Origin: Salinispira sp.
GTDB lineage: Bacteria > Spirochaetota > Spirochaetia > DSM-27196 > Salinispiraceae
DNA: 64,000 nucleotides
NCBI GenBank assembly: GCA_965602015.1
Contig: OZ271918.1
Location: forward strand, 1,440,001-1,504,000
Direction: 5' to 3'
Position 1 is the stretch's first letter, and every line of letters starts with the position of its first letter. A program made the position numbers and the translations under genes. Below the pieces are notes generated by a model. That model worked only from the letters and a program-made list of their open reading frames with translations, had not been told where the DNA came from and did not search any database. Of the stretch, positions 50,223-59,815 are shown one piece after another.

Positions 50223-50241
50223 GGGACGCGGTTTTGGCCGC

Positions 50242-51804
50242 TTATTCCCATTCAATTGTGGCCGGCGGTTTGCTACTGATATCGTAGGATACCCTGCCGA
50301 TTTGGCGAACCTTGTTTGTAATTATACTCGATATCTCGAGTAAGTCATTCATCGCAAAGGGGTACACATCGGCTGTCATTCCGTCCCTGGACACAATGGC
50401 CCTGAGGGCACAGACATAGCCGTATTCCCGGGCATCTCCGGTCACCCCGACCGAGCGTATGGGCAAAAGCACCACAAACGCCTGCCAAATCTTGTCGTAC
50501 AATCCCCTGGCCTTTAACTCGCCGATAAATATGGCATCGGCCTCCCGAAGGATGTCGAGCTTTTCCCTGTCGATATCTCCCAATATGCGCACCGCCAGGC
50601 CCGGTCCCGGGAAGGGATGTCGGTTAACCACATCGGGGTCGATCCCGAGCTCCAATCCCAGGGCCCGAACTTCATCCTTATACAAGCGGGCGAGGGGTTC
50701 GATTATCAGACCGGCGTTCCGCTTTTCCTCCACCAGGGGGCTTCGCACATTGTGATGACTTTTTATGACCTTCGCCTTATTCCCCACACCTTTTCCCGAC
50801 TCGATCATGTCGGTGTACAAGGTGCCCTGAGCCAGGAAGGCGTCATCTATGCCTAATCGGGCCACTTCCCGCTCCTGCACGCTGATAAACGCATCACCGA
50901 TGATCTCGCGCTTGGTTTCCGGATCGGATACCCCGCGAAGGGGTATGAGAAAATCGTCTTCGGCGTGAATGATGTGCAAATGGGTGGCCCCCAGGGATTC
51001 CAGGGTCTTTTTCACCTTGACTGATTCGTTTTTTCTCATGAGTCCGGTATCTATGTACATGAGATGGACCTGGTCATGGGGAAGACTTTTGAGTAGCATG
51101 CCTCCCACAACCGTGGAGTCTACGCCGCCGGATATAAGCAGCAGAACGGGCCGCGTGCCGGCCCGCTGCCTGATTTCCTCAGCTTCCTGCTCCATATAGG
51201 CATGCATGTTCCACTCAGGCGAGCACCCGCAGATATTCAGGGCAAAGTTTCGCAATATGTCGGTACCGTACTCGCAGTGACTCACCTCGGGGTGAAACTG
51301 CAGGCCGAACACAGGACGGCTTTCGTGGGCGACCGCCGCGGGGTGGCCGTTTTCACTTTCGGCGATGACCCGGAAACCAGGAGCCGGCCTGTCTATGCTG
51401 TCCCCGTGGCTCATCCAGCTCACGAAGTTTTCCGGAATTCCCGCAAAAAGATCGCTGATCTCGATGTAAGATATCCGATTCCGCCCGAATTCCCGGGTCT
51501 CTTTTCGTTCAACCCTGCCACCCAGGTCATGGGTAATCCGCTGAAGTCCGTAGCAGATACCGAGTATCGGCCTTTGATCCTCCAGATACGCCGCATCAAG
51601 ACGCGGCGCCTTGTCATCGTAAACCGATTCGGGACTTCCGGAAAAAATAAAGCCCCGTATGCTTTCGTGTTCCAGGCTCTTGTCCAAATCTGCCAGGGGA
51701 GTATCCCCGGGTATAATTTCGCTGTATACCCCGATCTCCCGAATCCTCCGGGCGATGAGCTGAGCAGTCTGGCCGCCAAAATCCAGTATTAGTATTTTTT
51801 CCAT
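50242..51804 (-). CDS. guaA: GMP synthase (glutamine-hydrolysing)
   Basis: ILDFGGQ, GICYGLQ, QFHPEV, SGGVDS, IKSHHNV, RHPFPGPGL, KPPATIEWE. Confidence 0.99.
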   Translation of the reverse strand: MEKILILDFGGQTAQLIARRIREIGVYSEIIPGDTPLADLDKSLEHESIRGFIFSGSPESVYDDKAPRLDAAYLEDQRPILGICYGLQRITHDLGGRVERKETREFGRNRISYIEISDLFAGIPENFVSWMSHGDSIDRPAPGFRVIAESENGHPAAVAHESRPVFGLQFHPEVSHCEYGTDILRNFALNICGCSPEWNMHAYMEQEAEEIRQRAGTRPVLLLISGGVDSTVVGGMLLKSLPHDQVHLMYIDTGLMRKNESVKVKKTLESLGATHLHIIHAEDDFLIPLRGVSDPETKREIIGDAFISVQEREVARLGIDDAFLAQGTLYTDMIESGKGVGNKAKVIKSHHNVRSPLVEEKRNAGLIIEPLARLYKDEVRALGLELGIDPDVVNRHPFPGPGLAVRILGDIDREKLDILREADAIFIGELKARGLYDKIWQAFVVLLPIRSVGVTGDAREYGYVCALRAIVSRDGMTADVYPFAMNDLLEISSIITNKVRQIGRVSYDISSKPPATIEWE

Positions 51805-53018
51805 AATTCTCTTCGGAGGATGGTCTGTTCCCTGTCGGGGCCCACACTGACCACGGTCACCGCTGTGCCTGTGAACTCTTCGATAAATGCAATGTACGCC
51901 CTAACATTCTGCGGCAGCTCGTCAAAGCTACGACAGGCGGTAATGTCGGTTTTCCAGCCCGGGAACTTCTTTAATACCGGCCGGGCGGTCTCCAGTTCTT
52001 GGATGCTTGCGGGGAAATCAAGACGCTCAACCCCGTCGATCTCGTACCCGGTGCAGGCATAAACTTCATCAAACTGATCGTACACATCCATATGGGTGAG
52101 GATAAGACCGTCGATGCCGTTGGCCCGGCATGCATAGCGAAGGGCTACAAGGTCGAGATAGCCGCATCTCCGCGGCCGCCCGGTGGTGACCCCGTATTCA
52201 TGACCAAGCTCACGGACAAGCTCTTCGAGGTTTCCGTCGCGATCCTGGTTAAATTCCGAGGGGAAGGGTCCGTTGCCCACCCGGGTGGAGTATGCCTTGA
52301 AAACGCCTAAAATACCGTCGATGCTTCGGGGCCCGATTCCCGCTCCAAGACTTGCCCCAGCGGCAGCGGAGTAGCCTGATGACACGAAGGGAAAGGTGCC
52401 CAAATCAAGATCCAGCAGCACACCCTGTGCCCCTTCCATAAGCATTTTTTCGGGCTTGGTGCGGAACAGGTAGTCGGTGATATCCACCTTCATGTCCCTC
52501 AGCCGGTCCATAAAGGGCTGTATGTACGCCCGTTCATCGCCGGTGAGCAACTCATAGCGCGTGCTGTCAAACATGTCCGCCACCCGAAAACCGTCACGGC
52601 TCGCCTTGAGGCTGTAGGCTATTCCGATGCCCCTGCCGGTTGTCCCGATGGGCTGGCGCCGGTTTTCATCCTGCCGGCGATCCCGCTCCTTATAGCCCGG
52701 AAAAACCAGGTGGGCCCGATCGGAAATCAGCACCCTGCCCTTCCAGTTCACGCCCTGGCTTTCCAGTGTTTCCAGTTCGCTAAACAGACTCTCGGGGTCG
52801 ATAACCATTCCGCTTCCCAGAATCACCACCGTGTTATCGTAAAGAATGCCCGATGGCACCAAATGAAGTTTGTAGGTATTTCCGCCGTTGACGATGGTAT
52901 GCCCGGCATTCGCTCCGCCGGAAAAACGGACGATAACCTGGGCTTCGGAGGCGAGATAGTCGACCATCTTGCCCTTTCCCTCATCGCCCCACTGGGCGCC
53001 GATAACGACTAAATTCAT
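51789..53018 (-). CDS. purA: Adenylosuccinate synthetase
   Basis: QWGDEGKGK, GGANAGHT, GTTGRGIG, EGAQG, GVTTGRPRRCG. Confidence 0.99.
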   Translation of the reverse strand: MNLVVIGAQWGDEGKGKMVDYLASEAQVIVRFSGGANAGHTIVNGGNTYKLHLVPSGILYDNTVVILGSGMVIDPESLFSELETLESQGVNWKGRVLISDRAHLVFPGYKERDRRQDENRRQPIGTTGRGIGIAYSLKASRDGFRVADMFDSTRYELLTGDERAYIQPFMDRLRDMKVDITDYLFRTKPEKMLMEGAQGVLLDLDLGTFPFVSSGYSAAAGASLGAGIGPRSIDGILGVFKAYSTRVGNGPFPSEFNQDRDGNLEELVRELGHEYGVTTGRPRRCGYLDLVALRYACRANGIDGLILTHMDVYDQFDEVYACTGYEIDGVERLDFPASIQELETARPVLKKFPGWKTDITACRSFDELPQNVRAYIAFIEEFTGTAVTVVSVGPDREQTILRRELWKKY

Positions 53019-53028
53019 ATGCGATTCC

Positions 53029-54465
53029 TTAGCGAGAATAGTTGGGCGGCTCTTGGGTAATGGTCACGTCGTGGGCGTGACTCTCCTTGAGACCGGCAGC
53101 GGTAATCTTAATGAATTTGCCGTACTCCCGCAATTCCCGTATGTTCCGGCAGCCCGTGTACCCCATTCCCTTGCGGAGGCCGGTTACCAGCTGGTGGAGG
53201 TAAGGCCGCAATTCGCCCTTAAAGGGGACCCTGCCCTCGACCCCTTCGGGAACCACCTCATCATTGGGATTCATCTGGTAACGGTCGCCGCTTCCGCTTT
53301 TTACCGCCCCAATTGATCCCATACCCCGGTAGGCCTTAAAAATTCTTCCTTCGAAAATGATTTCCCGCCCGGGCGCTTCTTTGAGGCCCGCAAAGAGGCT
53401 TCCGATCATCACCACAGCCGATCCTGCGGCGATCGCCTTGGTGATATCGCCGGAATACTTGATGCCGCCGTCAGCGATAACCGGTATGCCCCGTTTAACC
53501 GCTTCCTGGGCAGCGGCTACCACCGCGGAGAACTGCGGCACGCCAATTCCCGCCACTACCCGTGTCGTGCAAATGGAACCCGGGCCGACGCCGACCTTCA
53601 CTGCATCCGCTCCAGCCTCGATTAGTAACCTGGCGCCTTCGGCAGTGGCAATGTTCCCTCCGATAACCGGCAGATCCCAGTTTTTCTTCAGGTATGCCAC
53701 CGCGTCGATAACATTTTTGCTTGATCCGTGGGCCGAATCGATGACGATGAAATCGGCCCTCGCCGCCACGAGTTTATCCATCCGCTTGTCGATATCCGAT
53801 GGACCGACGGCTGCTCCGACAATAAGCCGACCGGCCTGGTCGACTGCCGCATTGGGGTAATTGCGGTGTTTCTCCATGTCCTTGACGGTTATGAGTCCCG
53901 TTAGCTTGCCGTCCTTGTCGACGACGGGGAGTTTTTCGATTCTATGCTCGTCGAATTTCGCCTGAGCGCTTTCGATGTTCGGGGTGCCGGTTTCCACCAC
54001 AGGATTCGGGGTCATGACATCGGCTACTGTACGGGAAAGATCAGTGGAAAAGCGCATGTCTCTGCTGGTGATAATCCCCACCAGCCGGTTATCATTCTCA
54101 ACGACCGGCAGACCGGAGATTCCCTGGTACTCCATAATCCGCCGGACTTCTTCAAGACTGGTCTCCCGGAGAACGGTGACGGGATTCTCGATAACCCAAT
54201 TGAGGTAGCGCTTAACCCGGGAAACCTGATCGGCCTGCTCGTCGGGGCTGAGGTTTCTGTGAATGACCCCGACCCCGCCTTCCAGGGCGAGGGCGATGGC
54301 AAGGCGGTCCTCGGTGACCGTATCCATTGCAGCGGACATTACGGGTACGTTCAAACGGACGCCGGGGAACAGATCTACAGCAACATCGGTTTCACCGGGC
54401 AGCACCTCGGAGTAGCCGGGCTGTAGCAGCACGTCATCGTAGCTGTAGTATTCACGCAATTCCAT
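53029..54465 (-). CDS. guaB: IMP dehydrogenase
   Basis: [12 protein letters not shown] pair, [24 protein letters not shown] 54465 after AGGAG. Confidence 0.99.
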   Translation of the reverse strand: MELREYYSYDDVLLQPGYSEVLPGETDVAVDLFPGVRLNVPVMSAAMDTVTEDRLAIALALEGGVGVIHRNLSPDEQADQVSRVKRYLNWVIENPVTVLRETSLEEVRRIMEYQGISGLPVVENDNRLVGIITSRDMRFSTDLSRTVADVMTPNPVVETGTPNIESAQAKFDEHRIEKLPVVDKDGKLTGLITVKDMEKHRNYPNAAVDQAGRLIVGAAVGPSDIDKRMDKLVAARADFIVIDSAHGSSKNVIDAVAYLKKNWDLPVIGGNIATAEGARLLIEAGADAVKVGVGPGSICTTRVVAGIGVPQFSAVVAAAQEAVKRGIPVIADGGIKYSGDITKAIAAGSAVVMIGSLFAGLKEAPGREIIFEGRIFKAYRGMGSIGAVKSGSGDRYQMNPNDEVVPEGVEGRVPFKGELRPYLHQLVTGLRKGMGYTGCRNIRELREYGKFIKITAAGLKESHAHDVTITQEPPNYSR

Positions 54466-54527
54466 ATGTCTCTCCTGTTCTCTGTTTAGCGGCAAAATAC
54501 ATGCGTAATTGCCACTCCTGGGTAAAT

Positions 54528-54557
54528 AAAAAACGGCCAGGCGCATTGCGCCTGGCC
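54528..54557 (-). terminator. Intrinsic terminator between purB and guaB
   Basis: GGCCAGGCGC-AAT-GCGCCTGGCC-G-T6 on the minus strand. Confidence 0.85.
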
Positions 54558-54563
54558 ACATTC

Positions 54564-56000
54564 TTATGTTCCATCAATAGTTTCCATAAGCTTCCCTATG
54601 GTTTTCTCCCACTGGTCTGCAAGTTCCCGGGCCCGCTCAGCAGTCCGCCCCCGGTATTTTGCCGGGTTAGCAAAAAAACCGTCGGCATCCTCAACGCCGA
54701 CGGCGGCAAGCCGGGCGCAGATAGTCTGCCACACAGTGTTGTCTGATTTCATCGCCTCGTGCAGGGTGATGCCTTTTTCATCCGCGCTCAGAGTGAGCTT
54801 GCGAATTATTTCATGGGCATCGGATTCTCCCTGGCTGGACAAAAGAATATAGGCGGGCTCGGCAAGAACCGAAGATCCGGCGGCAGCCAGGTTCCTCTGT
54901 AAGCCCAAGTGGTTGACGCTCATTCCTTTGAGGATTTTAATCATCCGCTGGACAGCGGCGGAAAAGCCAGCCAAGAATTCAACGCTGAACCTGCCCGATG
55001 CCGAATTGCTCAAATCGCGCTGATGCTCGGATATCTGATCCATGTACATGGTCATTACACGGGGTGAAAAAGCCTTCCACAGACTTTTGACATGCTCGCA
55101 GTTCCAGGGGTTGCGTTTCTGAGGCATGGTGGACGAACCGACCTGGGTGGGGGAAAAGTACTCACGCACCTCATCAATTTCGCTGCGTTGAAGATGCCTC
55201 AGGTCATCAGCGAGATTGGCAATAATTCCGAAAGCGACGTTGATCTCCAGGAGCAAGCGAAGCAGATATTCCGGCTCCACCATCTGAGTCGAGTGATCCG
55301 ACGGCTTGAGGCCTAATCGCGCAAGGCATTTTTGCTCAAGTTCTACTGGGTCGGTATACAGCATGCTGGTGGCATTGTACCCGCCGACGGCTCCGGCGAG
55401 TTTTCCCCGTAGATCCCTGCTCCTGACCTCAATTTCTACGGCGGACTTGCCGAGCCGGGATACATACTCTGCGAATGTGTGGCCGAGGGTGATCGGCACC
55501 GCATATTGTCCGTGGGTGCGGCCGACTTGAGGGGTCTCGGCATGTTCCCGGGCAAAACGAATGAGTTCGCCCATGAGTTCTCCGAGCTGAGGAAGAAGGA
55601 CTTTTCGTGAGACATCGCGAAATTTAAGGGCATTGGCCGTGTCGAGGATGTCGACGCTCGTTGCACCCATGTGAACCAGATGTCTGATTTTCTCGGGAAG
55701 AAGGGGTTTTATGCAGTTGACCAGAGCCCTGATATTGTGCTGGGTCTTTTCTTCTTCCTGATAAACCTCGTCCGGATCAATTTCCGCTGCGGCAGTATCG
55801 AGAACCTTTTCCAACTCAGGAGTCAAGCCGTTTTGCAGTTCCAGATGAGTTTTTACTAGTGCCGCTTCAACCCTCGCGCAATAATGAACCGAGGCCTTTT
55901 CGCTGATGATGGCTCGCAAACGCTCGAACAATTCCTTGTTGGACTGATAATAGCGGTGGTCAAGCGGTGAGATGTTTTCGAAAATGCTCTGTTGTTGCAT
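54564..56000 (-). CDS. purB: Adenylosuccinate lyase
   Basis: ISPLDHRY, HMGATS, GRTHGQ, GKLAGAVG, GSSTMPQKRNP, HQRDLSNSA. Confidence 0.96.
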   Translation of the reverse strand: MQQQSIFENISPLDHRYYQSNKELFERLRAIISEKASVHYCARVEAALVKTHLELQNGLTPELEKVLDTAAAEIDPDEVYQEEEKTQHNIRALVNCIKPLLPEKIRHLVHMGATSVDILDTANALKFRDVSRKVLLPQLGELMGELIRFAREHAETPQVGRTHGQYAVPITLGHTFAEYVSRLGKSAVEIEVRSRDLRGKLAGAVGGYNATSMLYTDPVELEQKCLARLGLKPSDHSTQMVEPEYLLRLLLEINVAFGIIANLADDLRHLQRSEIDEVREYFSPTQVGSSTMPQKRNPWNCEHVKSLWKAFSPRVMTMYMDQISEHQRDLSNSASGRFSVEFLAGFSAAVQRMIKILKGMSVNHLGLQRNLAAAGSSVLAEPAYILLSSQGESDAHEIIRKLTLSADEKGITLHEAMKSDNTVWQTICARLAAVGVEDADGFFANPAKYRGRTAERARELADQWEKTIGKLMETIDGT

Positions 56001-56005
56001 GGGGC

Positions 56006-56034
56006 ATCATGGCAAAATCAGCAGGTATTGTCAA
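56006..56034 (-). promoter_or_regulatory. Sigma70 promoter directly abutting the purB start
   Basis: TTGACA-17 nt-CATGAT (TG extended), 5 nt before ATG. Confidence 0.7.
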
Positions 56035-56095
56035 AGTGTTTTTTTCCACTCACATCTGGATTTTTGGCGAGGTTTCCGGTACAACACAGTTATCT

Positions 56096-57640
56096 ATGGC
56101 TAAAGTCCGATTGGGTACACACATTTTTTGTGCATTGTTTTTAGTAAGCCTCGCAACCCTTTTCTCATGCCGCCAGCCCGGCACTCCGGAGATTCCCGTC
56201 CGGACTCAGGGCGGTGTGATTATTCCCGTTCCCGGCGAAGGCATCGCCCTCTTCGCACCGGGTGACGACGGGGTTGAAGAGCTTCCGGTTGAAACCCGAC
56301 AGGAGATCAGGGTCGATGTTCCGACTGATTTTATCCCCCATGACGTTCTCGAGCTTTCTCTGGACGTCGATGACCCCGATGAGCAGATAATCGTCTTCAA
56401 AACCCGTGACGGACAGGATGACCGAATATCACTGCTTCTCGGGGACTACGATCCCTTGCGCGACGGATACTTTATCAGCTGGCAGGGTCAGACCAATGCC
56501 ACAAGCCTCAAGACGTTTACCCTCACAACCCAGGATATAACCGGAGACCGGAGGCTGGAAATCGTCGCCTTCGGCACAAACAATCTCGGCGAGCAAACCC
56601 TTGATATTTTCAGTCAGGTAAGCTCCAACACCTACGGCATCCAGTTTCGCAACATAATCAGCATCGAAGCCGACGTCGAAATTGACATTCGGGTCGTTGA
56701 ACGGGGAGAGTTTTATAACAGCGGAGCCCGCAACGGAGTTCCTTTCACCATCACCGCCACTGATCAGGATCTGGAATCGGAAAACAATTTCGATATGATT
56801 CGTTCGGTGTACAGCTGGCGTCCAAGCGAGCAGCGATATCTCTTATCCAACACAGAAAGCATACCCGGAAGCCGTATCGAGCAGGATCAGCTGGCAGAGG
56901 TTTTTTCTGGAAATCTTCAGGACCTCCAACGCTTCCTCGAGGGTCCATGGGTCCGCCGGGGCGATACAAAGATGGTTGCCTTTAGCCAGATTGAAGAGAG
57001 CATCAAATTTATCATTGATGACAGATTAATCGATTTTCAATGGCTGAGATCCCAACCCTGGGCAAGCACCGGGACTCGCGGAATGACGATCAACCTGAGA
57101 AACGGCAATATCTCCAGCGTCGCGCCCCTAATGACAATTCGCATTGAAGATTTAAACAGCATATATATCAGGCTCAATAACGAACCGACTGAACCAAGAC
57201 TCTGGTTTTTGACCGGTTATTACGATCGGATGACCGGCGCCAGCCCCACGGCGCTCAATTTTTCCGCGGTGCTGCCGGCAAACCACAGGGAACTTCATCC
57301 CTTCGGAATAAGCGGACTGTACCGCAGCGACAACAACTGGGAAATGTTTTTTTCCGCGCCCCAGCTCACCCTGCGAAGTCAGGAGCGGGAGCGCACCGGC
57401 GGCTATGCAATTTTCCGGATTAACGACCAGCATATCCTGTCGATCAACTATATCGGAACAGGGGGAACTGCTCCGGAAAAACAGCAGTTCCTGATTTCAT
57501 ATGAAGAGCTGGAAGAAGGTGACAGCCTCCGAAGGATTATTTTGCTTCAGGAGGCTGCGTTAAGCAGTTACGGCGCCCGCGCCATAACCGATGAAGTTAT
57601 CAGGCTGGAACAGCGTATCGAGCTTGACGACAGCGAATAA
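56096..57640 (+). CDS. Lipoprotein resembling pallilysin-related adhesin family
   Basis: Lipobox TLFSC; LDVDDPDEQII and QDITGDRRLEIV repeats recalled from spirochaete Tp0751-related proteins; family call from memory. Confidence 0.6.
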   Translation: MAKVRLGTHIFCALFLVSLATLFSCRQPGTPEIPVRTQGGVIIPVPGEGIALFAPGDDGVEELPVETRQEIRVDVPTDFIPHDVLELSLDVDDPDEQIIVFKTRDGQDDRISLLLGDYDPLRDGYFISWQGQTNATSLKTFTLTTQDITGDRRLEIVAFGTNNLGEQTLDIFSQVSSNTYGIQFRNIISIEADVEIDIRVVERGEFYNSGARNGVPFTITATDQDLESENNFDMIRSVYSWRPSEQRYLLSNTESIPGSRIEQDQLAEVFSGNLQDLQRFLEGPWVRRGDTKMVAFSQIEESIKFIIDDRLIDFQWLRSQPWASTGTRGMTINLRNGNISSVAPLMTIRIEDLNSIYIRLNNEPTEPRLWFLTGYYDRMTGASPTALNFSAVLPANHRELHPFGISGLYRSDNNWEMFFSAPQLTLRSQERERTGGYAIFRINDQHILSINYIGTGGTAPEKQQFLISYEELEEGDSLRRIILLQEAALSSYGARAITDEVIRLEQRIELDDSE

Positions 57641-57642
57641 AT

Positions 57643-58896
57643 CTACTCACCGCGGGGGTCAGTGACCAGAAAGCCCTCAATACCCTGCTCCTTTAAAAAC
57701 AAGAGCAGGCGGCGGGGATTGTTGTAATTCTCGCTTGATAAAAAGTAGCTGTCCCCGCTGTCCAGCAAAACCTTGAAGGCTATGGTAGAATCGTCTGAGC
57801 CAGGCGCGGGGTTTTCGGGGAACATAAAAACCGGAAGGCCGAGTTCCCGCTGTATGCGCTCGATAAAACTGCCGGCATTCCCCCTCCTTGAGAAGCTTCC
57901 GAGCTGGATGATCCCGGCCTCGCTGCTCTCCCCTCGGGTGTTTTCCCTTTGGGCCTCCCCTTCGGCGACGGTTTGACCGCTTGAGTTATCGCCGGGAACT
58001 GGAGCGTCGGTCCCTGACTTCTGGATTGTTGTTACCGTCCCGTCCAGACCAATTTCCTCGGTTTGAAGCATTTGGTACGCATTTCTTTCCAACTCGGCCA
58101 TGCCCCCCGAGCCCTCAAGAATGCGTAAATCCGGAAAGGGTGAGCTCATTCGTCCTTCCTCTTCGGGAGCGCCCGTCAGGTCTTCAAGTCGCCGGATACG
58201 CGTTTCGACCGCCGGATCATCAAAATCCCCGGTGCGAAGCGTCAGGATAAGCAAGCGGGCAGCCAGAATCATGTAATATGACGGATCGCTATCAAAATCC
58301 GCTGGGTCTATCCTGGCAGTCAGGAGGCGGCGAGCCTCATCGAGCTGACCGTCATCTATGAGCAGCAGACCCAACAGGTACATTGCGCGGTAATAGTCAT
58401 CCGACTCGAGATTAGCATTGGCCCGCAAAAAATCGGATAGCGATTGACGGGCTGCCTCATTCAGACCATTCCGATACTCCAGCTCTGCGACCCACAGCAA
58501 CAGCTCGCTTTCCCCCGTCAGTACCCGGGTCTGGGTTGCCAGGTGCAAAGCCCCATCGACCCGATTCTCGAGAAGCAAAATCCGCGAAGCATTTATGGCA
58601 ATCTCAATCGATTCCGCCCTGTCCCTCCCCGATAATAGAAATCGGGGCAGGGTTTCGCCGACTTCCCGGGTAAAAAGAACTGACAAAAGATGCGCGCTAT
58701 ACAATGGATTAAGTGTCTGAGTCTGGACAAGAATATCGAGAAGTTGGCCCCTACCCTCGGCAGCGGAGAGGCTGTCCCGCTGTTCGTCGGTCAAAAGATC
58801 CCAGTTCAACAGGTCGGATACCGATACTTCCTCAGCTTCAAGTCCTGCCGCCAGGATAAAAACCGCAAGAAATACAAGAGCTGGAATTTTACGCAT
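57643..58896 (-). CDS. Exported TPR protein with C-terminal SPOR domain
   Basis: Signal peptide from ATG 58896; TPR helices; IQLGSFSRRGNA...LKEQGIEGFLV. Confidence 0.8.
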   Translation of the reverse strand: MRKIPALVFLAVFILAAGLEAEEVSVSDLLNWDLLTDEQRDSLSAAEGRGQLLDILVQTQTLNPLYSAHLLSVLFTREVGETLPRFLLSGRDRAESIEIAINASRILLLENRVDGALHLATQTRVLTGESELLLWVAELEYRNGLNEAARQSLSDFLRANANLESDDYYRAMYLLGLLLIDDGQLDEARRLLTARIDPADFDSDPSYYMILAARLLILTLRTGDFDDPAVETRIRRLEDLTGAPEEEGRMSSPFPDLRILEGSGGMAELERNAYQMLQTEEIGLDGTVTTIQKSGTDAPVPGDNSSGQTVAEGEAQRENTRGESSEAGIIQLGSFSRRGNAGSFIERIQRELGLPVFMFPENPAPGSDDSTIAFKVLLDSGDSYFLSSENYNNPRRLLLFLKEQGIEGFLVTDPRGE

Positions 58897-59245
58897 TGTC
58901 CTGATCAGCTGGTACGTCCGGAAGTTTAGGTCCTGAAGCCGGCTTTTTTTTCCGGGATCTCTGGCGCTTTTCAATTTTTTTAACGAGCTCTTTTTCGCCG
59001 GCCCCGTCCTGCAGTTTGGCAGCTTTTTGAGCCTGCTTCTTTTTTATTTTTAAGGTCGTTCTCACGGAATACGGAATGGCGAACAGCGCACCGGCGATGA
59101 ACGATATACCAATGGTGAGGATAATCGGGACGTTCTGAAATTCATAAAAACCAAGGGAAACATTGGACGTAAAACTCCAATTAAATCCGATGAGGGCTAT
59201 GAGCAAAGCGAGCAGCACTATTGCAGTAATCAATTTCCAGGGCAT
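58889..59245 (-). CDS. LapA (DUF1049)-like small membrane protein
   Basis: TM-FN..V.LGF..F..VP-TM(SFIAG)-basic tail. Confidence 0.7.
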   Translation of the reverse strand: MPWKLITAIVLLALLIALIGFNWSFTSNVSLGFYEFQNVPIILTIGISFIAGALFAIPYSVRTTLKIKKKQAQKAAKLQDGAGEKELVKKIEKRQRSRKKKPASGPKLPDVPADQDNA

Positions 59246-59279
59246 CGAAGCTCCTTCTAAGGACCGGTTGGAGTTACAG

Positions 59280-59699
59280 TTACTTCTTCCGGAAGATGGA
59301 TATTACAGTCGAGGCAAGTTTCCACACGCCAAACGCCAGGGCCGCGAAGCCCGTCAGGCCGAGGACGAAGCCACCGATTCCAGAAAGCGCCGGGATGGCG
59401 TTTACGAAGGTTACTGCGGCCAAGCCAGCGACCACGTAGGAAAGCTGCTTGTTGCGGGGATATTTTTTCGCCATCCACCATGATGCGGTTCCCAGCACCG
59501 CGGTTACCAGCAACCCGGGAAAAAGGAGGCTGGTGATTCCCCGAAGCAGGTAAATGCCGGCAGCAGAGCCCAGTGATACCAAACCAAGGGTCGCCGAATT
59601 GATCCGATCTTCCTGACCTGCGGGAATGCGAAAAACTTTTTTCACCACCGAAAGTGATGTCTCGTCACTGTTGTTATCGTATCCGGAATTCTGATCCAT
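59280..59699 (-). CDS. Hypothetical membrane protein
   Basis: About 4 hydrophobic segments; ATG 59699 after GAGGAAGG. Confidence 0.7.
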   Translation of the reverse strand: MDQNSGYDNNSDETSLSVVKKVFRIPAGQEDRINSATLGLVSLGSAAGIYLLRGITSLLFPGLLVTAVLGTASWWMAKKYPRNKQLSYVVAGLAAVTFVNAIPALSGIGGFVLGLTGFAALAFGVWKLASTVISIFRKK

Positions 59700-59731
59700 A
59701 TCGACCTTCCTCACATGCGTTTGCTGTTTCT

Positions 59732-59760
59732 ATTGTAGCCTCAGTCCCGCGTTGATACAA
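59732..59760 (-). promoter_or_regulatory. Sigma70 promoter for the 59699 gene
   Basis: TTGTAT-17 nt-TACAAT. Confidence 0.6.
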
Positions 59761-59815
59761 CACACTTGCCGGTGCCCAAACCCTGGTGGGCAAGTTTGGC
59801 GTCAACAACCAACTA

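Noticed and set aside
42745..50240. Intact genomic island or prophage at ssrA
   Set aside because: No integrase, transposase or phage genes, and I found no distal direct repeat of the ssrA 3' end by eye
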